A DNA stretch of 64,000 nt from Geosiphon pyriformis uo1 (lineage: Eukaryota; Fungi; Glomeromycota), in the NCBI GenBank assembly GCA_016748015.1, contig JAAOMT010000439.1, positions 331,527 through 395,526 of the forward strand, read 5' to 3'. Made by a program: the position numbers and the translations under genes. Position 1 is the stretch's first letter. Each line of letters begins with the position of its first letter. Of the stretch, positions 60,138-64,000 are shown piece after piece. The notes beneath the pieces are model-generated. The model saw nothing but the letters and a program-made list of their open reading frames with translations. It did not search any database and was not told the DNA's origin.

Positions 60138-63100
60138 ATGGTTAGAATAGCATTTGGATAATTTTTGATTCAATATTTATGGAAAATATAGAAAGCATTT
60201 TAAATGTTTTGATCTAGAAAATAATTGTTCATGTTAATTAAAGATATCTTTGTTTTAGGAATGATATATTTATTTATATTTGATTTTTGCTAATTATTTG
60301 AATCAATATTATTATAACAAGTAACTAATCAAATTATTTGTAATATTTTTTGAGTTGTATATCATAAACAGAACAATTATTGAAGATTGTTCTATATTGA
60401 TTTTATAAGATATAAAAATTATTGTTTAAAACTTTGTTAATTATAAAAAGTTTTTTCTACCAGCTAGAGAAATTATTACTATAGACATTGTTTTTGTTTA
60501 AATAATATTCTTAAACTAAGTTATTAATATTTAAGAAAGTGTTTTATAAGTTTTTTTTTCTTAAGCTTCTCTTAAAATTGTTTTATTTTTTTAAAAGCAA
60601 TTATCTGTGTTTTTACCAAAAAGTTAAGAATAGTACCAAGTATTTTTTGTAAAATGTTTTTGTAATTTTCTATTATGATTTCTTTAAAAAGTATTGTTTC
60701 AATATTAATTTTTATTAATAATATTGCTATTTGTCTATAGAACAAATAAAAAAGTTTATAATTTATTATGTTATAATTCACAGTCTTATTAACAAACAGA
60801 GCTAAAAGCAGTACTTTGTTTCATAAGTTTGTTTTTTTATTGGTTTTGGCTAAAATTTTACATAATGTTTTATTAAAATATTCTACTAGGCCATTTGTTT
60901 GAGAGTGGTAAAAAAAAGAAAGTTTATAACATATTTCCATTTTTTTGTAAAGTTTTTCAACCAATGTACTGAGAAAAACTCTTTCTTTGTCAAATAAAAG
61001 TTCTTTGGAGCAGTTATAACAACAAATAATATTTTATAAATAAATTTGACAATAGAAACTGCTATTTAATTTGAGGTGATTTTTGTTTCTATTTACTTTG
61101 TAAAATAATTAGTAGTTGTAATAATATATCTATTGTTATCAGAAATTATTGTTAAAAGTCCAACAATATTTATACCAATTCTGTTAAATGATTAACCAAC
61201 AGAAATTGAATGAATGTTTTCTTTGTAATTGGGTTTTTTTTTTCTTTGGCAAGTATCATAAATTTTAATGTATTCAGCAATGTTTTTCTTTAAGGTAAGC
61301 CAATAATAGTAAACAAAAGTTTTCTGAATTGTTTTTGTTTTTTCAAAGTGTCCAGCTAATAGATTAGTGTACATATTATAAATCATAATTTTTTTTTTAA
61401 ATTTAATAACTCTTTGGGAGCAGTTAAGATTTTTTTTATTTCTTTTGTAAAGTTAATTCTGGTGAATCAAATAGAAATTTAATTATTTGCACAAATATTT
61501 TTTTTATTGTTAAATATAGTTTAGTGAGTATTGTTTTTTACCCAAAAATTCTATAAGGCAGAGTAATTGTCTAAATTCATTATTATGTTTGTTTAAGAAA
61601 AAATTACTAATAATTAGATTGGTTTAATTTAAGAAGGTTGTATTATTACTGAATGATAAGTTTAAAGAATATATTAGTGTTTTGATAATTAGCTCTTTTG
61701 TGATATTGTATATTATAGTTAAATTTATTTAGATAAAATATTCAGTAAGTTATCTATTTATGTTCCAGCTTTTTTTTTGTTATATAACCAAATCAAAGCT
61801 TAATAATCTGTTATCATTAAAGACTTTATACCAAAAAAATATTTATTTTAATAACTAATAAATTATACTATTGCTAAGTATTTCTGTTTAATTACTAAGT
61901 AATTCTGTTCTATTGAAAAAAGAAATCTGTTAAAATAAGCTATAGTATGTTTTTTATTATTTTTATCTTTCTAAAATAGAACAATACCAAGTTTAACGTC
62001 AGATGTATCAATATGGAGAATAAAAAATTGATTCAAATTAGATTGCTAAGAATTAGCTTAGTAATTAGTTTTTTCTTTAGAGTTTCAAAAGCTTTTTGTT
62101 AATATATATTCCAATAATAATTAACAATTTTTTAAATAGCTAATTGAATAAAAAAGTGATTTTAGAAAATTTTTTGACAAATTTGTGATAATAAAATACT
62201 AAACCAAGAAAAAACCATAGTTTATAATTATTTATTGATTGTTTAATATTTTAAATCTTTTTAATTTTGGCTGAATTAGAAAAAATTTTATCTTTTGTAA
62301 TAAGATGTCCAAAAAACTAAATAGATTAATATTCAAAGAAAAATTTGATTAAGTTAATCTTAAAACCAGTATTTCTAAGGAAATCAAAATTTTTTTATAA
62401 ATATTTAAGATATTTATCTTAAGTTTTTAAGTATACCATTATGTCATTTAAATAAATTAAAACAAAGTTTTTTTTACTAATTTAAATACTTTGTCTATTA
62501 GACATTAAAAAGTAGGAGAAGCATTAATAAGACCAAAAGACATAACTGTAAATTTGTAGATGTCATATTTAATAATGAAAACAGTTTTTTTCCTGTTTTT
62601 TGAATTCATTTCTACTTGTTAAAATTTAGTAATTAAATTAATAGTTAAAAAAAAAACAACATTATTGAATTAATTTAGTATTGTATTAATTTTGAGAAGT
62701 AGATATATGTTTTTTTAGTAATAACATTTAATTGACAGTAGTTGACACAAAAGCATAAGGTTTTATTTTTCTTAAATATTACTACAACTGAAAATGCTCA
62801 TTTGTTCTTGGTTTTTTATATGAATTCAAAGTTTTTCATCTGATTTATTTCTTTTTTAATAAACTTATTATTATAATAATTGAATTAATAAAACTTTAAA
62901 TAAATATAACAAGTTTTTTTGGTGGTAATAATGTGTTATATTACATAAATACATCTAGAAGTATCACTTTTTTGATATAATTGAGTTATTTTTAGCCAAT
63001 AAGTTTTCAATATTAATTTTTTTTTCTTTTAGAGAAGATTTTTTTTGTTCTACTATTAATAACTATATTTTTGGTAATTTACTTTCAAAAGACTTTTGTA

Positions 63101-63498
63101 CTTTTTTATTTTTTCTTAAGGTATTAAGTTGAATGATTTCCAATTTTTATAATAGATTAAACAGAACATATATTTATCACTAAAAAAATACAATAGTTTA
63201 TTGCACTAGCACTAGGCACAAAGATCATACTATTAATAACTGTATTTGGCTTTCTTGTTAGACTTTTTATTAAAAAATATTATAGTAAAGCCAGAAGATT
63301 AGCTTGTCATTTACAATGATTTTTTTTTTGTCAGCTTTAATATTGTTTAGTGACTTGTCATTATTGGTAAAGATAATATAAGCAAGTTCAGCAGTTTTTT
63401 TTTGTTTTTCTTTTTTATTGCTTTTTTTATCATTTAATTTATCTGATTATTTTTTTTTTTGGTTTTGCTTAAGTACTAAAGAAGTTGTTTAATAATAA
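60138..63498 (-). mobile_element. Highly degenerate Ty3/Gypsy pol fragment F (RT-RH, integrase)
   Basis: Integrase relics GHFEKTKTIQK...YYW...DTCQ (61192-61386) and YH.QTNGLVE (~60880-60910). RH TD..LG relic at ~62000. RT relics LCFCVNY (~62750) and MSFGL.NA (~62530). Confidence 0.75.
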
Positions 63499-64000
63499 TA
63501 TTACAAATAATTATTTGATGTATTAGAACAAATAACAAACTTATAACTTAGTACTTAATAACTGTTGATAATAGTAATTTTTGAAGGTTTTGAAATCTGA
63601 AAATTTTGGTTGAGTTTTTTGTATAATAAACAGAAATTTAATTGATGATTTTTCTCAATTTTTGTTTTTAGCATAGTAATTAGTTTATTTTAACAGTTAT
63701 GTTCTTTTAATAAGTTATCTTTAAGTTTTTTTATTCTTGTTTTATGGGTTTTTTATCAAATTATTCTTGACATTAATTATTTAATGCTTAATATCTTAAT
63801 TAATTAATAAACAACAAAAAAAATAAAAAAATGAAAAAAAAATTAATATTTTGTTAATAATTATAATTAAGAGCTATTGATTTAGTAAGATTAAGTATCA
63901 GATTCTATTAACATAAAGTGTTAATAGTATGGAATTGATTAATATTTGTTAATTAAATATTGATAACATAATTAAGTGATAATGGATGTTTTTATTGATA
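63499..64000 (-). repeat. Degenerate LTR of the A/C/E group, truncated by the window edge
   Basis: Begins TATTACAAATAATTATTTG...AAATAACAAAC, like the LTRs at 48159, 59192 and 53843. Confidence 0.8.

Overview
This is eukaryotic, intron-containing fungal DNA. The AT-richness, short introns and TE families suggest Mucoromycota/Glomeromycotina, but that is inference. An 11-kb island of four intact spliced host genes (10.06-20.9 kb) holds NUP82, a 67-aa SERF gene missing from the ORF track, a GPATCH8-like gene and a NuSAP1-like gene. A 263-bp MITE with perfect 40-bp TIRs and an 8-bp TSD lies just upstream of the island. Two full-length but decayed non-LTR retrotransposons (ORF1 with RRM/CCHC; ORF2 with APE-RT-RNaseH-Zn finger) flank the island, pointing inward. 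From 28.7 kb to the end there is a nest of Ty3/Gypsy LTR elements and solo LTRs, four of them with resolvable 4-bp TSDs. The most unusual feature is the layout shared by three divergent Gypsy copies. In order: an N-terminal helical domain, Gag, protease, an unknown Cys-rich domain, dUTPase, RT and RNaseH; then a conserved stop; then integrase as a separate ATG-initiated ORF; then a conserved ~210-codon third ORF in the env position ending at the PPT. The long repeats show heavy C>T/G>A hypermutation, while the host genes and the short MITE are spared. Coordinates were counted by hand, domain calls come from motif recognition, and no database search was run.
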